From Pseudomonadota bacterium (GTDB lineage: Bacteria > Pseudomonadota > Gammaproteobacteria > Burkholderiales > Burkholderiaceae_C), in assembly GCA_023390985.1 (NCBI GenBank), contig JAEWBU010000171.1, positions 9,708 through 73,707 on the forward strand: 64,000 bases of DNA, given 5' to 3'. The position numbers and the translations under genes are program-made. The notes below the pieces were generated by a model. It did not search any database. It was not told the DNA's origin and worked only from the letters and a program-made list of their open reading frames with translations. Every line of letters begins with the position of its first letter. The stretch's first letter is position 1. Below are positions 37,750 to 47,601 of the stretch, piece by piece.

Positions 37750-38682
37750 ATGACTTCCAACGACATTGCCTCCCGACCGGGACCCGTGAACTGGCTTCTC
37801 GAACTGGACTCCGCCATCGCGAAGGGCGACGAGGCGCGCATGTGGGAGGCGGTCTACCGTCATCCCGACCAGGTGGAGGTGCAGCAGAAGCTGGCCGACA
37901 CGGTGCCGCGCCTCTGCTACAGCGTGGCTCGCCGGAAGAATCGTTTCTCCGAGATGTTCCTGTCGCCGGTCGTCGTCACTGGTGATCAGGAGCTGTTCAC
38001 CGACCAGCAGGTATGGAAGGCGGCGAACCTGTGCATCGAGGATGCGCTGCGCAGCTGGTTCCAGTCCTCCGACCGCCTCAGCATGTTTAGCGGCATGCGG
38101 CCTTACGACTGGATCGGCACATGGCGGCCGTCCACCATCAGGGGGCACTTGCTCAGCGTCGTGCCCGGAAGCAGCAGTCGCAAGACGGAGTTTCTGGCCG
38201 AGTGGATCGACCTGCCGCCCGAGGCGCCGCGCCTGGGTTTCATCAGCATGGTGGCCACCGCCGAGACCGGGTGGCCGAAACTGCCTGGCGGAAACGGCTT
38301 GCGCGACAGCCGCTACGCGGCCGTTGTGTCGGGCATCCTGTGCCGCGAGAACGTACCGCCTCCCGTGGTTCGTCCGCCCGAGCATGTGCAGTTCGCGATC
38401 GTGGATGGCCTGGCCATTTGGCTGCAACAGCTGCATGAGCGCGTGCCGATCGTCGGCTGGATGGCTGCTCCAGATCCGCAGAGCATGGATGTGGTGCGCG
38501 TGTCGCTGAAGCTGGACCACAAAGAGGTCCCCTACACCCAGTTCACGCTGCGCCGGCATCAGCTGGGACCGAACGGCGTGCACGAGGTCCTCGTGGTGCT
38601 GGAGAGCATCGCCCCGATGATGGACACGCCCATGGACGTGCCGCAGCGCATGCCGCAAAGGGTGGTGCTGGACTTGACGTAG
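37750..38682 (+). CDS. Hypothetical protein
   Basis: 310 aa from ATG 37750; TTGACG-N17-TACCTT upstream. Confidence 0.7.
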   Translation: MTSNDIASRPGPVNWLLELDSAIAKGDEARMWEAVYRHPDQVEVQQKLADTVPRLCYSVARRKNRFSEMFLSPVVVTGDQELFTDQQVWKAANLCIEDALRSWFQSSDRLSMFSGMRPYDWIGTWRPSTIRGHLLSVVPGSSSRKTEFLAEWIDLPPEAPRLGFISMVATAETGWPKLPGGNGLRDSRYAAVVSGILCRENVPPPVVRPPEHVQFAIVDGLAIWLQQLHERVPIVGWMAAPDPQSMDVVRVSLKLDHKEVPYTQFTLRRHQLGPNGVHEVLVVLESIAPMMDTPMDVPQRMPQRVVLDLT

Positions 38683-38726
38683 TGCGGTTTCGTGGTTGCA
38701 TGTAAGCAGCAACCCCGGAGAGACCC

Positions 38727-39749
38727 ATGAATCTGCAAAACATCGTCATCGCCCCGCACGCCGAAGGCTTCATCAAGGTGGCCTGCGAGACCGACCCGCT
38801 GTTTTCGGAGCAGCCGCGCACCCGCAACGAGTTCCTGATCACGGCTCGCCACCACACCGGCGAGCAGCCGGCATCGGTCGAAACCGCGCCTCCGCTCGCG
38901 GAGCACCCGATCCGGGCCAAGCTCACCCAGCAGCCCGAGGGTGGCGAGCCCACGCCGCTGCGAGAAATCCCGATCACGCTGTTCTTCAACAAGGCCGACA
39001 AGGCCATCAAGATCAACTACCAGGCCTTCGACACGACCAGCAACCTGCACGCGCCGGTGTGCAGCGGCGATGGCCGCAACGCGAAGCGCGTCATCGTCGG
39101 GGCGGACAGTGCACCGACGCTGCAGGAAGTCGCATGCCCCGGCCCGGAACGCTGCGAGTTCGTCAGCAGCGGCCAGGCGGTGTGCCGCCGCCAAGTGCGC
39201 ATGAGCGTGCAGATCAAAGACCAGGAGAACCCGTTCTCCGTCTTCGAGGTCCGCACGTCTTCGATCAACTCCTATCGCGCCTTGCGCGCCCAGCTGGCCG
39301 TGATCGAGAAGCGCTTCGGCGGCCTGCGGCACGTCCCGCTGAAACTGACCCTCTGGCAGGCCAGCAATGAAGCCAGCGGCTACCAGCCGTTCACGCTGAT
39401 GCAACTGGCGCTCAACGCGGCGAGCGAAGTCGAGGCTATGCAGACCGCAAAGACTGCGCGCGATCAGCTCAAGGCCGCCGGCCTGGACGACGACGTGGAC
39501 GCCGCCCTGGACCCGATGGATTCGGCCGAAGAGTTCGGCCTACCCACGCTCGAATACCAGGGCGTGAGCGAGTTCTACTCCGAGCCGGTCAGCCGCCGGC
39601 CCGGCACCCAAGGGGCCGCGCCCGCGCAGCGCTCTATCCGCTCGGGGGCTGCCGCCAACATGATCGGCCAAGCACTGAACCTCTCCGGCAAGGCAGCCGG
39701 CGCCACCGCGGGCGGCGATTCGCCCCCGTTCCCCGACGCACCGCAATGA
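38727..39749 (+). CDS. Gp3-like / recombination-associated Cys-containing protein
   Basis: CSGDGRNAKR..CPGPERC..C..FEVRTSSINSYRAL resembles the ICE/phage Gp3-like family. Confidence 0.6.
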   Translation: MNLQNIVIAPHAEGFIKVACETDPLFSEQPRTRNEFLITARHHTGEQPASVETAPPLAEHPIRAKLTQQPEGGEPTPLREIPITLFFNKADKAIKINYQAFDTTSNLHAPVCSGDGRNAKRVIVGADSAPTLQEVACPGPERCEFVSSGQAVCRRQVRMSVQIKDQENPFSVFEVRTSSINSYRALRAQLAVIEKRFGGLRHVPLKLTLWQASNEASGYQPFTLMQLALNAASEVEAMQTAKTARDQLKAAGLDDDVDAALDPMDSAEEFGLPTLEYQGVSEFYSEPVSRRPGTQGAAPAQRSIRSGAAANMIGQALNLSGKAAGATAGGDSPPFPDAPQ

Positions 39750-40765
39750 ATCAGGATTACGTCACCCGCCTCGTTGTAGGTCCCTCGATCTCCGTGGCCT
39801 TGGGCCAGCCCGTGGTGACCACCGCCCGTAGCAGGGAAGGGCTGCGCCTGGATGGCGCAGATTGGGTTCCTGCGGGCAGCAAGCAGCTGGCCGCCGACGG
39901 CACGCAGCCGACTGGTCCCGCACGGCGCTGGCGGAGCGTCTTGTCCGGGCGCGCAGCGCAATACGGGGCTGCTGGCGTGGTTCTCGTGCTGATCTCAGCC
40001 ACGTGTGCGGCCCTGTTCTGGCCGGCGATGCCCGCGACCAAGCCGGCGGCCGACACGCTGCCCATTGCGCCGGCGCCGCAACTGGCTGGACCGACGGCTG
40101 CAGTGACGATGGTTCCAGCTCCCTACGAGCCGGCGCTGCCGCTGCCCACGGCCGGTAGCCCGTCAGGGCAGGGTGGTCCTTCGGGTCCTATGCCGTCAGA
40201 GGCCGGCGCGGTCGCAGGCGAGGAGGCGCAGGCGGCCAAGCCGGCACCCGTTCTCCTCGATGCGCGCTCTCCGACTTCCACCGCGGCCGCGCCCGTCGTG
40301 CCGACACCTGTGCGGGCCCAGGCATCGCAACCGGTGGAGGCTGCGCGCGCCAAGCCGTTGCCGCCAGCGGCACCGGTGCGCTCGGACAAGGAGAAGGCGG
40401 AGAAGGCCAACGAGGACAAGGCCGTCAAGGCAGTCATCATGGACGATGCGCCGGCGCCAAAGGCCAACCCGACTCCTGCGCCTAAGGCGCCCGCCGCCGC
40501 GCAGACGTCAGCGAAAGCGGCTGCTCCTGCTCCTGCCGTGGTGCCGGTGGTGGCGCCGACCGCCCCCAAGCCCACTCAGCCGCGCGGCATCGGCCTGCTC
40601 GCGATCGCGCCGGACGGCAAGTCCGCCGCCTTCACCAACCCGAAGACACGCCTGCCCGAGCAGTTCAAGATCGGCGACCAGCTCCCCAATGGTGAGACGG
40701 TGCGCAGCATCGACCTGAAGGAGGGGCGCGTGGTCACGAATACGAAGGAATATGGCCTTGAGTGA
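39746..40765 (+). CDS. Membrane-anchored Pro/Ala-rich protein with small C-terminal beta domain (PilP/GspC-like)
   Basis: One TM segment, long P/A linker, FKIGDQLPNGETVRSID. Confidence 0.6.
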   Translation: MNQDYVTRLVVGPSISVALGQPVVTTARSREGLRLDGADWVPAGSKQLAADGTQPTGPARRWRSVLSGRAAQYGAAGVVLVLISATCAALFWPAMPATKPAADTLPIAPAPQLAGPTAAVTMVPAPYEPALPLPTAGSPSGQGGPSGPMPSEAGAVAGEEAQAAKPAPVLLDARSPTSTAAAPVVPTPVRAQASQPVEAARAKPLPPAAPVRSDKEKAEKANEDKAVKAVIMDDAPAPKANPTPAPKAPAAAQTSAKAAAPAPAVVPVVAPTAPKPTQPRGIGLLAIAPDGKSAAFTNPKTRLPEQFKIGDQLPNGETVRSIDLKEGRVVTNTKEYGLE

Positions 40766-41183
40766 TGCCAACGAAACGCTGACCATCGACCCGGTCAAAG
40801 AAGGGGTCGTCAATCGCATTGCGGCCGGTACGGTCCACAAGGGTGATCTCGCCTGCAGCGGGGGCCTGTGGGTGGAAGGGACCGTGATGGGCAACCTGGA
40901 CGTGGATGGCGTGCTCGTCCTCTCCCCCGGCAGCACCGTGAGCGGCCGCATCGTCGTGCGCGGCTCGCGTGCGGTTCTCGCCGGCGCGGTGCTGCCGGCA
41001 AATGAGAACGAGCTGTCGGAGATCTACGTGCTCGGCACGGCCCACCTGGCCAGGACGCTTGATGCCAAAGCGAACATCACCGCAGGCGAGCTGATGTTCT
41101 ACACGGGCGCCCAGATCGAGGGCCGCATTCGCACCGGCCCCATGCCGGCCGCGGACCACCAGGACGGCCACGCGACGGCGTAG
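40752..41183 (+). CDS. Bactofilin family protein (second copy)
   Basis: IAAGTVHKGDLACSGGLWVEGTVMGNLDVDGVLVLSPGSTVSGRI..GAQIEGRI. Confidence 0.8.
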   Translation: MALSDANETLTIDPVKEGVVNRIAAGTVHKGDLACSGGLWVEGTVMGNLDVDGVLVLSPGSTVSGRIVVRGSRAVLAGAVLPANENELSEIYVLGTAHLARTLDAKANITAGELMFYTGAQIEGRIRTGPMPAADHQDGHATA

Positions 41184-41188
41184 CAGTG

Positions 41189-41992
41189 ATGGTCAGCGGG
41201 CGGCAGGTCATCGACACGCTGCGCGCGCGCGGCGCGCACGTTCCCGAGCAGGCGGTGGTGGACCACTACTTGCAGTTGCTGGACGAGGAGGCCCTGCGCG
41301 ACCTGAGCGTGATCGTGCGCAAGATCCGCAGCGGGGTCGAATCTCCCGGCGAGTTTCAGCAGCTGGTGAACACACTTCGCGCGCTGCCGTCCGCCGCGGC
41401 GGAGCGCCCGCCTGCACCCGAACCCAGTCACGTTCCATCTGTTCCGGCGGGCGGCACTGCCACCCGCGAGCAAGGCCTGAAGCTGCTGCGCGCGCATGGC
41501 ACGCACGTCTACGCGTCGTCGGCGGCGATCAAGCTGGAGTTGGCGCAGCCGCGCGCAAGCGAGGCGGGTGGGGAGGCCCAGTACACCGTCCAAGTCGAGG
41601 GCACCCGCAAGCAGGGTGCCAGCTTCGATTGGAGCCGCAAGATCGCCTTCCAGTTGACGCGCAGAGAGCTTCCACTCCTGACGGCGTTCCTGCTCGGGCT
41701 CGCCGGCAAGAAGGTCGAATTCCGCAACCACGGCGACGCTCGAGACAAGGCGCTGACGCTGGAGGACCAGGATCAGAAGGTGTTCCTGCGGCTGGTGCAG
41801 AGGGATCAGCCGCCGATCGCGCTTCCGGTCGAGCCGGAGGACCTGTACTACTGCGGCGAGATCTGCATGGTGGCGCTGCAGCTGAACCGGCCACTGCTAG
41901 GGCCTGAGGACAGGCTGGCGCTGCTTCGGCGCGTAGGTGCGATGCACGCCGCGGGCGCGGGACAGGACAGGGCCGAGAGGGAGCGCGCGTGA
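41189..41992 (+). CDS. Conserved plasmid hypothetical protein
   Basis: Coupled ORF; HVY..FDWSRKIAFQLTRRELP..EFRNHG looks like a conserved globular domain. Confidence 0.7.
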   Translation: MVSGRQVIDTLRARGAHVPEQAVVDHYLQLLDEEALRDLSVIVRKIRSGVESPGEFQQLVNTLRALPSAAAERPPAPEPSHVPSVPAGGTATREQGLKLLRAHGTHVYASSAAIKLELAQPRASEAGGEAQYTVQVEGTRKQGASFDWSRKIAFQLTRRELPLLTAFLLGLAGKKVEFRNHGDARDKALTLEDQDQKVFLRLVQRDQPPIALPVEPEDLYYCGEICMVALQLNRPLLGPEDRLALLRRVGAMHAAGAGQDRAERERA

Positions 41993-43209
41993 GCATGCGC
42001 CAGTTGCTCCCGGCGGCGCTTGTCGCCGCCAGCGCTGTCGCCGGCACCGCGCTGGGGTGGGCGGCATGGGGGGAGGGCAGAGCGCCGGTGCTGGCCATCC
42101 TGTTGCCGCTGGCCATCGCGATGTGCCGAAACCGCCTGCAAGCCTTCGCACTCGCCGGGGGCTACGCGATCGGGGTGCTGCGCACCGCAGGGGTCTTCAT
42201 CGCGGGGTGGTTCGACAACAATCCGGCCGTCGCGATCGGCTCGCTGCTGGTCTATGCGGCCGTGGCCGGTGCAACGTGGTGCATCGGCTGGAGCGCCAAC
42301 CGTTCGCCGGCGGCGCGCGCCGCCTGGATGGCGCTCGCATGGCTGCTCGCGCTCGCACCGCCCTTCGCCTTGGGAATGCCGGGGCATCCGCTGGTGGCCG
42401 CCGGCTACTTGGCGCCTGGCCTGGGCTGGGTCGGTGTCGTGCTGGCGCTGGCGGTCGCCGCTTTCTCTGGAGCCGTGCCGGCGCTGATCGAACGGCTCCG
42501 CCCGGCCTACCGCGCGGCTGGGGTGGCGGTGATGGTGGCGGCGCTGGCGGTCACGGGGCAACTGGCCGCTGGCCCGCCGGCCGCGTCCAAGGGCGTCCAT
42601 GCCCACCAGACCAGGTGGGGGAAGCTGGAGTCCGCTGAGCAGGCCATCGATCGCATGCAGCTGATGGGCAGGCAGTCCGCTCCTGAGGGCACCGTCCTTT
42701 CCCTCTGGCCGGAATCCATTCTTGGGCCGTGGGACCCCGCGATGCACCAGGTGCTGGACCTGGAGCTGCTGGCACGCGCCAAGCGAGCAGGGCGGATCGA
42801 GGTCGTTGGGATGGACATCGTGCTGCCCGGCCGGCGGCTGCTCAATGGCGCTGTCGCCTTTCACCCTGACGGCTCGACCCAGACGGTGGTCGCGCGCCAG
42901 CCCGCGCCCATTTCACTGTGGCGTCCCTGGCGGTCCAGTGACACCTTCCTGGCCGACTGGCGGGCTTCCAACGTCCTTGTGCTGGGACCGGACGAGCGCG
43001 CCGCGGTGATCTTCTGCTACGAGGAGTACCTGCCGGCCCTGTACCTGCTTAACGAGCTGGGCGACCGGCCGACGATGTATGTGGCGCTGACGAACACCTG
43101 GGCGGCGCGCCACCGGACCGCAGCTGCCATCCAGACATGGCATTCCCTCGGCATGGCTCGGTTGTTCGGCCGACCCTACGTCAAGGCCGAGAACGGGCCG
43201 CTCGACTGA
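41989..43209 (+). CDS. Conjugal-transfer TraB-like membrane protein (Lnt/CN-hydrolase-like)
   Basis: Multi-TM N-terminus, WPES, RAAVIFCYEE, ARLFGRPYVKAEN. Confidence 0.7.
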   Translation: MSMRQLLPAALVAASAVAGTALGWAAWGEGRAPVLAILLPLAIAMCRNRLQAFALAGGYAIGVLRTAGVFIAGWFDNNPAVAIGSLLVYAAVAGATWCIGWSANRSPAARAAWMALAWLLALAPPFALGMPGHPLVAAGYLAPGLGWVGVVLALAVAAFSGAVPALIERLRPAYRAAGVAVMVAALAVTGQLAAGPPAASKGVHAHQTRWGKLESAEQAIDRMQLMGRQSAPEGTVLSLWPESILGPWDPAMHQVLDLELLARAKRAGRIEVVGMDIVLPGRRLLNGAVAFHPDGSTQTVVARQPAPISLWRPWRSSDTFLADWRASNVLVLGPDERAAVIFCYEEYLPALYLLNELGDRPTMYVALTNTWAARHRTAAAIQTWHSLGMARLFGRPYVKAENGPLD

Positions 43210-43256
43210 ACAGAGCACCTGGGCGGCCGGAGACGGCGGTTCACCGCGGGCAGTTG

Positions 43257-43297
43257 GACCCGCAGGAATTGCGGCAGCGCGGGGGCCGATCCAGAAT
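43257..43297 (+). promoter_or_regulatory. GACCCGCAG-box promoter, copy 6
   Basis: GACCCGCAG-GAA-TTGCGG-N17-CAGAAT. Confidence 0.65.
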
Positions 43298-43347
43298 CCT
43301 CCCCGCCTACCTCTTCGTGAGGAAGCGTCGCGCGCCTGCCGCGCGAC

Positions 43348-43404
43348 CATCAACCACCCCAACGGGATTCCACGAGTCCCGGTAGGGGTTAGCCGTGGAA
43401 TCCC
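43348..43404 (+). promoter_or_regulatory. Conserved structured 5' leader, copy 6
   Basis: CGGGA/TCCCG stem versus perfect 11-bp GGGATTCCACG/CGTGGAATCCC, followed by T6. Confidence 0.65.
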
Positions 43405-43420
43405 TTTTTTCGGAGATTCC

Positions 43421-45217
43421 ATGGAACAGATCGAAAGCGCGTCCGGGGACGGCACGCCCGTTCGGATCGCCTGCAGCCGAGTGAGCCGGAAGGCGAACTA
43501 CCGCCGCAAGTTCTCTCAGCAAAGCCTCAAGGACCTCGCGGAGGACTTCAAGCGCAACGGCCAGCTGCAGGAGATCCTGATCCGGCCTCTGCACGGCACC
43601 TTCGAACCGCCTGTGGACGGCATCCTTCAGGCCAACGGCCAGCAGGATTTCGAGTTGGTCGTCGGAGGTCGCCGCATCCTCGCGTGCGAGATCAACGGCG
43701 GGCCCGACGCCTTCATCAACGCGAAGGTTCGGATCATGACCGAGGCCGAGGCCATCGCGGCCATGCTCTCGGAGAACATGAACCGCGAGAACCCTTCCGT
43801 GATCGAGGAAGCCGAGGCCGCCGCCCGCATGCTGGGCGTCTGCAATGGCGACCGCGACGAAGCCGCTGGCCGCCTCGGCTGGGAACGCAAGCTGTTCGAC
43901 AAGCGCCTTGCGCTGATGAACGCCACGCAGTCCGTGCGCGACGCCTACATCGAGGGACACCTGGATGTGGGCCACGTCGAGATCCTGGCCGCCTTCCGCA
44001 AGGAGGTGCAGGACAACATCATCGGCAAGCTGCGCCAGACCAACAACTGGCCGACCATCGTGCAGCTCAAGGCGATGGCCGAGCAGGCGCTGTGCAACCT
44101 GGAAGCCGCGATCTTCGATCGCACCGAATGCCAGGGCTGCCAGCACAACTCGGGCTACCAGCAGCAGATGTTCGAGCAGTCGTTCGAAGGCAGCAAGTGC
44201 GCCAACAAGGCCTGCTACGAGTCCAAGACCGAAGGTGAACTGGAAAAGCGCCGTGCTGCGCTGACCAGCGACTACCAGGTGGTGCGCATCGTTCGCCCGG
44301 GCGAGAACCACACCCTGATCCAGCTGCGCGCCGAAGACGACAAGTACGTCCAAGGCGTCGGCCCCGAGCAGGCGCAGGCCTGTCGCACCTGCGGCGACTT
44401 CGGCGCCTGCGTGTCCGCCGTGCCCGACAAGTTGGGCAAGACGTTCAAGGACATCTGCTTCAACAAGACGTGCCATGACGAGAAGGTCAAGGCCTTCAAG
44501 AAGCAGCAGCAGCAGGCCGCGGCCCCCGAGCAGCAGGACACCGGCGGCGACACCAACGCCCGGTCCACGAACGCGAAGTCGAGCAATCGCACTTCCGCGC
44601 CGGCGGCCAAGCAAAGCTCCTCGCAGGCGTCCGCGCCCAAGGCGAGCCCGGCCACGTTGCGCAACGCGATCAAGGAGTACCGCGAGCACATCTGGCGCAA
44701 GGTGTTCCAGCGCGCCGCGCTGAAGCTGACCGTCATGCCCTCGCGGGCGCTCCTGGCCGCGGTGCTGCTGTATCGCTCGTCGTACATCGACGGTTCGGCC
44801 GCAGCGGACGCGATCAACAAGGCTCTGGGAACCGACCTGTCGCGGATCAGCGGCAACCCCACGGAGCGGCTCCTGAGCGAACTGTTGGGATTCGACCAGC
44901 AGAGGCTGGCCACGGTGTTCAACCACCTGGCTGCCAGCATCACGAAGGAGATGCCCATCAACGACGTCGTAGGCCTGCTCAAGGCCCTGGGCGTCCGGAT
45001 CGAGGACTACTGGAAGGTGAACGAGACCTTCTTCGACATCCTGACCAAGACCGAGATCGATGCCGTGTGCAAGGAGATCGGTCTGGACAAGGCTGCCGGC
45101 AAGACCTACACGAGCCTGTTCAACGGGCCCAAGAAGGACTTCATGGCGGCCATGCTCAAGGTCGACGGCTTCGCCTACGAAGGCGCGGTCCCGAAGATGA
45201 TGCGCTGGGACAGCTGA
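43421..45217 (+). CDS. PRTRC system ParB-family protein
   Basis: LVVGGRRILA, SENMNRE, Cys clusters (CQGC, CANKAC, CRTC, CFNKTC); heads the PRTRC cluster. Confidence 0.88.
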   Translation: MEQIESASGDGTPVRIACSRVSRKANYRRKFSQQSLKDLAEDFKRNGQLQEILIRPLHGTFEPPVDGILQANGQQDFELVVGGRRILACEINGGPDAFINAKVRIMTEAEAIAAMLSENMNRENPSVIEEAEAAARMLGVCNGDRDEAAGRLGWERKLFDKRLALMNATQSVRDAYIEGHLDVGHVEILAAFRKEVQDNIIGKLRQTNNWPTIVQLKAMAEQALCNLEAAIFDRTECQGCQHNSGYQQQMFEQSFEGSKCANKACYESKTEGELEKRRAALTSDYQVVRIVRPGENHTLIQLRAEDDKYVQGVGPEQAQACRTCGDFGACVSAVPDKLGKTFKDICFNKTCHDEKVKAFKKQQQQAAAPEQQDTGGDTNARSTNAKSSNRTSAPAAKQSSSQASAPKASPATLRNAIKEYREHIWRKVFQRAALKLTVMPSRALLAAVLLYRSSYIDGSAAADAINKALGTDLSRISGNPTERLLSELLGFDQQRLATVFNHLAASITKEMPINDVVGLLKALGVRIEDYWKVNETFFDILTKTEIDAVCKEIGLDKAAGKTYTSLFNGPKKDFMAAMLKVDGFAYEGAVPKMMRWDS

Positions 45218-45292
45218 GCCCGACGCGAACCCCCTGAACCCGCTCGGCACCCCTTCGTGGGTGCCGGGCGTTCACAGAGAGAGAAAACGAGA

Positions 45293-45871
45293 ATGAAACT
45301 GATTCAGTCGCTCAGCGCGCTGCTGGCCCAAGGCGTTCAGATCAAGATGATGCTGCAGGCCAATGGCGATCAGATCCAGCTGGACATCCTGCCCGCGGGC
45401 AAGGAAAACAAGGCGGGCATCAGCCTGCCGCCCAAGTCGGTGACCGGAACGGCCGCCGAACTGGACGCGAACCTTGAGGCGTTCATGGAGAAGTACGGCC
45501 AAGGCGTGGCCAGGATCTCCAGCATCATCGCCGCTTCCGACGCCGACCTGGACCAGGCGGAGAAGGACGCCCAGGAGAAGGCGAAAGTCGCTCTGGACGA
45601 GAAGCGTGCGAAGAACGCAACGAAGCCGACCCCCAAGCCGGGCGCCGGGACCAAGGCGGGCGCCAAGCCTGCTCGCGATCTGGACGCCGGCCTCTCCGGC
45701 TCGGACGAAGACAACGAGGACGGCGAGAACGGCGGCCAAGGTGAGGAACCCCCTGGTGGGGAGACCGGCTCGGCCGGCGGCGCGCCGGTGGTGACTGGCG
45801 ACTCGCAGTCGTCCGGCGCCGCCGAAGGCGGCCAGCCGAACGCGCTGACGTCCGACATGTTCACCGTCTGA
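45293..45871 (+). CDS. PRTRC system protein E
   Basis: PKSVTGTAAELDA motif and low-complexity tail. Confidence 0.75.
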   Translation: MKLIQSLSALLAQGVQIKMMLQANGDQIQLDILPAGKENKAGISLPPKSVTGTAAELDANLEAFMEKYGQGVARISSIIAASDADLDQAEKDAQEKAKVALDEKRAKNATKPTPKPGAGTKAGAKPARDLDAGLSGSDEDNEDGENGGQGEEPPGGETGSAGGAPVVTGDSQSSGAAEGGQPNALTSDMFTV

Positions 45872-45886
45872 CGGGAGGTCACCGAC

Positions 45887-46279
45887 ATGCAAGTCGTCGA
45901 CCTGAGCAGGGAGTTCAAGTACAACTCCATCAAGCTGTCCGATCCGAACCCGGCGCTCACGCCGGAAGCGGTGAAGGATTTCTACCAGGCCCTGCAGTTC
46001 CCCGAGTTGAACAACTCGGTGGTCGAGGGTCCGGTCACGAAGGACGGCGTGGCGACGTACACCTTCACCCGCGCGGTGGGGTCCAAAGGCGCCACGGCAC
46101 GCGAGCTGATCGAGCGTACCCTCAACGCCGACCCTGCCACGACGCAGGAAAAGGCGCTGACGTTGATGGCCGCCTGCCAGCCGTTCACCGAACAGGCCAG
46201 GACGCTCGCGTCTGTGGTCGAAAACCGTTCCGGCAATCCGCTGCCGCTGCCAGCCTCTTCCTTCGGGATGTGGGGCTAG
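45887..46279 (+). CDS. PRTRC system protein C (ubiquitin-like) with C-terminal extension
   Basis: REFKYNSIKLSDPNPALTPEAVKDFY..PELNNSVVEGP..YTFTRAVGSKG followed by 62 more residues. Confidence 0.85.
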   Translation: MQVVDLSREFKYNSIKLSDPNPALTPEAVKDFYQALQFPELNNSVVEGPVTKDGVATYTFTRAVGSKGATARELIERTLNADPATTQEKALTLMAACQPFTEQARTLASVVENRSGNPLPLPASSFGMWG

Positions 46280-46306
46280 CAGGGACCGGACACACAAGCC
46301 ACTTCC

Positions 46307-46342
46307 AGCCCCGTCACCGCCTTGGTGACGGGGCTTTTTTTT
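46307..46342 (+). terminator. Intrinsic terminator
   Basis: AGCCCCGTCACC-gcctt-GGTGACGGGGCT followed by a T run. Confidence 0.85.
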
Positions 46343-46343
46343 G

Positions 46344-46384
46344 GACCCGCGAGAGTTGACCCCCATCACCTGCGCGCAAACAAT
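46344..46384 (+). promoter_or_regulatory. GACCCGCAG-box promoter, copy 7
   Basis: GACCCGCGA-GAG-TTGACC-N17-AACAAT, immediately after the terminator. Confidence 0.65.
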
Positions 46385-46442
46385 CAGGCTGTTTTCGCAT
46401 CTTGCGGACTCGCGCGGGGCTCTTCGCCACCGCGCCTTTCTA

Positions 46443-46488
46443 AAACCCGCGCGGGGCCTAGGTCCCGCGAGGGAGTCCGGGTCCTCGC
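46443..46488 (+). promoter_or_regulatory. Conserved structured 5' leader, copy 7
   Basis: GCGGGGCC/GGTCCCGC stem versus downstream GGGTCCTCGC. Confidence 0.5.
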
Positions 46489-46503
46489 TCTTAGGAGAAC
46501 CCG

Positions 46504-47601
46504 ATGACACACATCCAGGCAGCGGTGACGCAACCGGCTTGGCCGGGCTGTTTCCTGCTTCCCGCATTCGACGAGCAAGTGCCTGTCGCGATTGGCTCGG
46601 AACACGTCCGCGCGCGCATCCTGGCACGGCTCGCCAAGATCTCCGCTGAAGAGGGCGTGCCGCTGCCGGCGGGCGCGGACTTCAGCTCCGTCGAGAAGGT
46701 CGTAGCCGCGCAGTGGCAGCAGCATGTAGATGCCGCCTTCGGCGACCGGCCGATGGTTTCGGGCAAGCCAACTGTCGTTGTTCGCGACGACTGCATCGGC
46801 TTCCGCATCGACGCTCTGTCGAATCTCAACGTTTTCCAGCTCAAGCCCGTCATCACGGCGCTGGAGAAGAGCTGCAGCGGCCTCGGCTGGTTCGTGCTGT
46901 CGGTGCTGGACACCTGCCGGAGCCACGGGCACGAGTTCTACGACATGTGCCTTGCTGCCTGGGTGCTGGATCCGCACCACGGCGAGCTAGACAGCTTCAC
47001 CGATGAAGCCTACGTCCGCTTCCTGATCAACCACGAGGGGCTAGACCTCTCGGAGGATGACATCACGCCCGAGGTGATCGAGCAGATCAAGCCGGACCAC
47101 ATGTTCTGGCCGAGCGATGTGCTGGAAACCGTTGACGGTCATGCGCACTTGCTCGGCCGGGGCCGCGCCCCGAAGCCGCTGAGTGCTCGTGGTGCAACGA
47201 AGTGGCTCGCCGATCATGCGCGAGATCCCTTCGCACCCGTCGTGCAGCTGGCAACGAAGCTCAAGGCGGAGTTCACGGCCGACAAGGACCGGGCGTTCGT
47301 CTGGAGTCGATCACTTACCGACCAAGACGAGGACGTTCAGCCGATCGGGGCCGCGGCATTCCTCGCATGGGATGACCCGGGCCTGCTACTCGAGCTGGTC
47401 CAGCACCACGAAGAGTACGCCTACAACGGCGGCGGCGGCGCGGAGGAATACGCCCGAAGCCTGGTGGTTGGCATTGACCTGGAAGACGACGCGGACCTGC
47501 GCAAGTTGGTGCGGGACGCGAAGCGCTATTTCAAACGATGGGGGCTGATCAATCAGCTCCTGACTCACTTTCCGACGTGGGAAGGGAACGACGAGACATG
47601 A
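46504..47601 (+). CDS. PRTRC system protein F
   Basis: LEKSCSGLGWFVL motif; position between proteins C and B. Confidence 0.7.
   Translation: MTHIQAAVTQPAWPGCFLLPAFDEQVPVAIGSEHVRARILARLAKISAEEGVPLPAGADFSSVEKVVAAQWQQHVDAAFGDRPMVSGKPTVVVRDDCIGFRIDALSNLNVFQLKPVITALEKSCSGLGWFVLSVLDTCRSHGHEFYDMCLAAWVLDPHHGELDSFTDEAYVRFLINHEGLDLSEDDITPEVIEQIKPDHMFWPSDVLETVDGHAHLLGRGRAPKPLSARGATKWLADHARDPFAPVVQLATKLKAEFTADKDRAFVWSRSLTDQDEDVQPIGAAAFLAWDDPGLLLELVQHHEEYAYNGGGGAEEYARSLVVGIDLEDDADLRKLVRDAKRYFKRWGLINQLLTHFPTWEGNDET

Noticed and set aside
43307..46627. 647-aa and 451-aa minus-strand ORFs
   Set aside because: Antisense to PRTRC genes; typical high-GC shadow frames.
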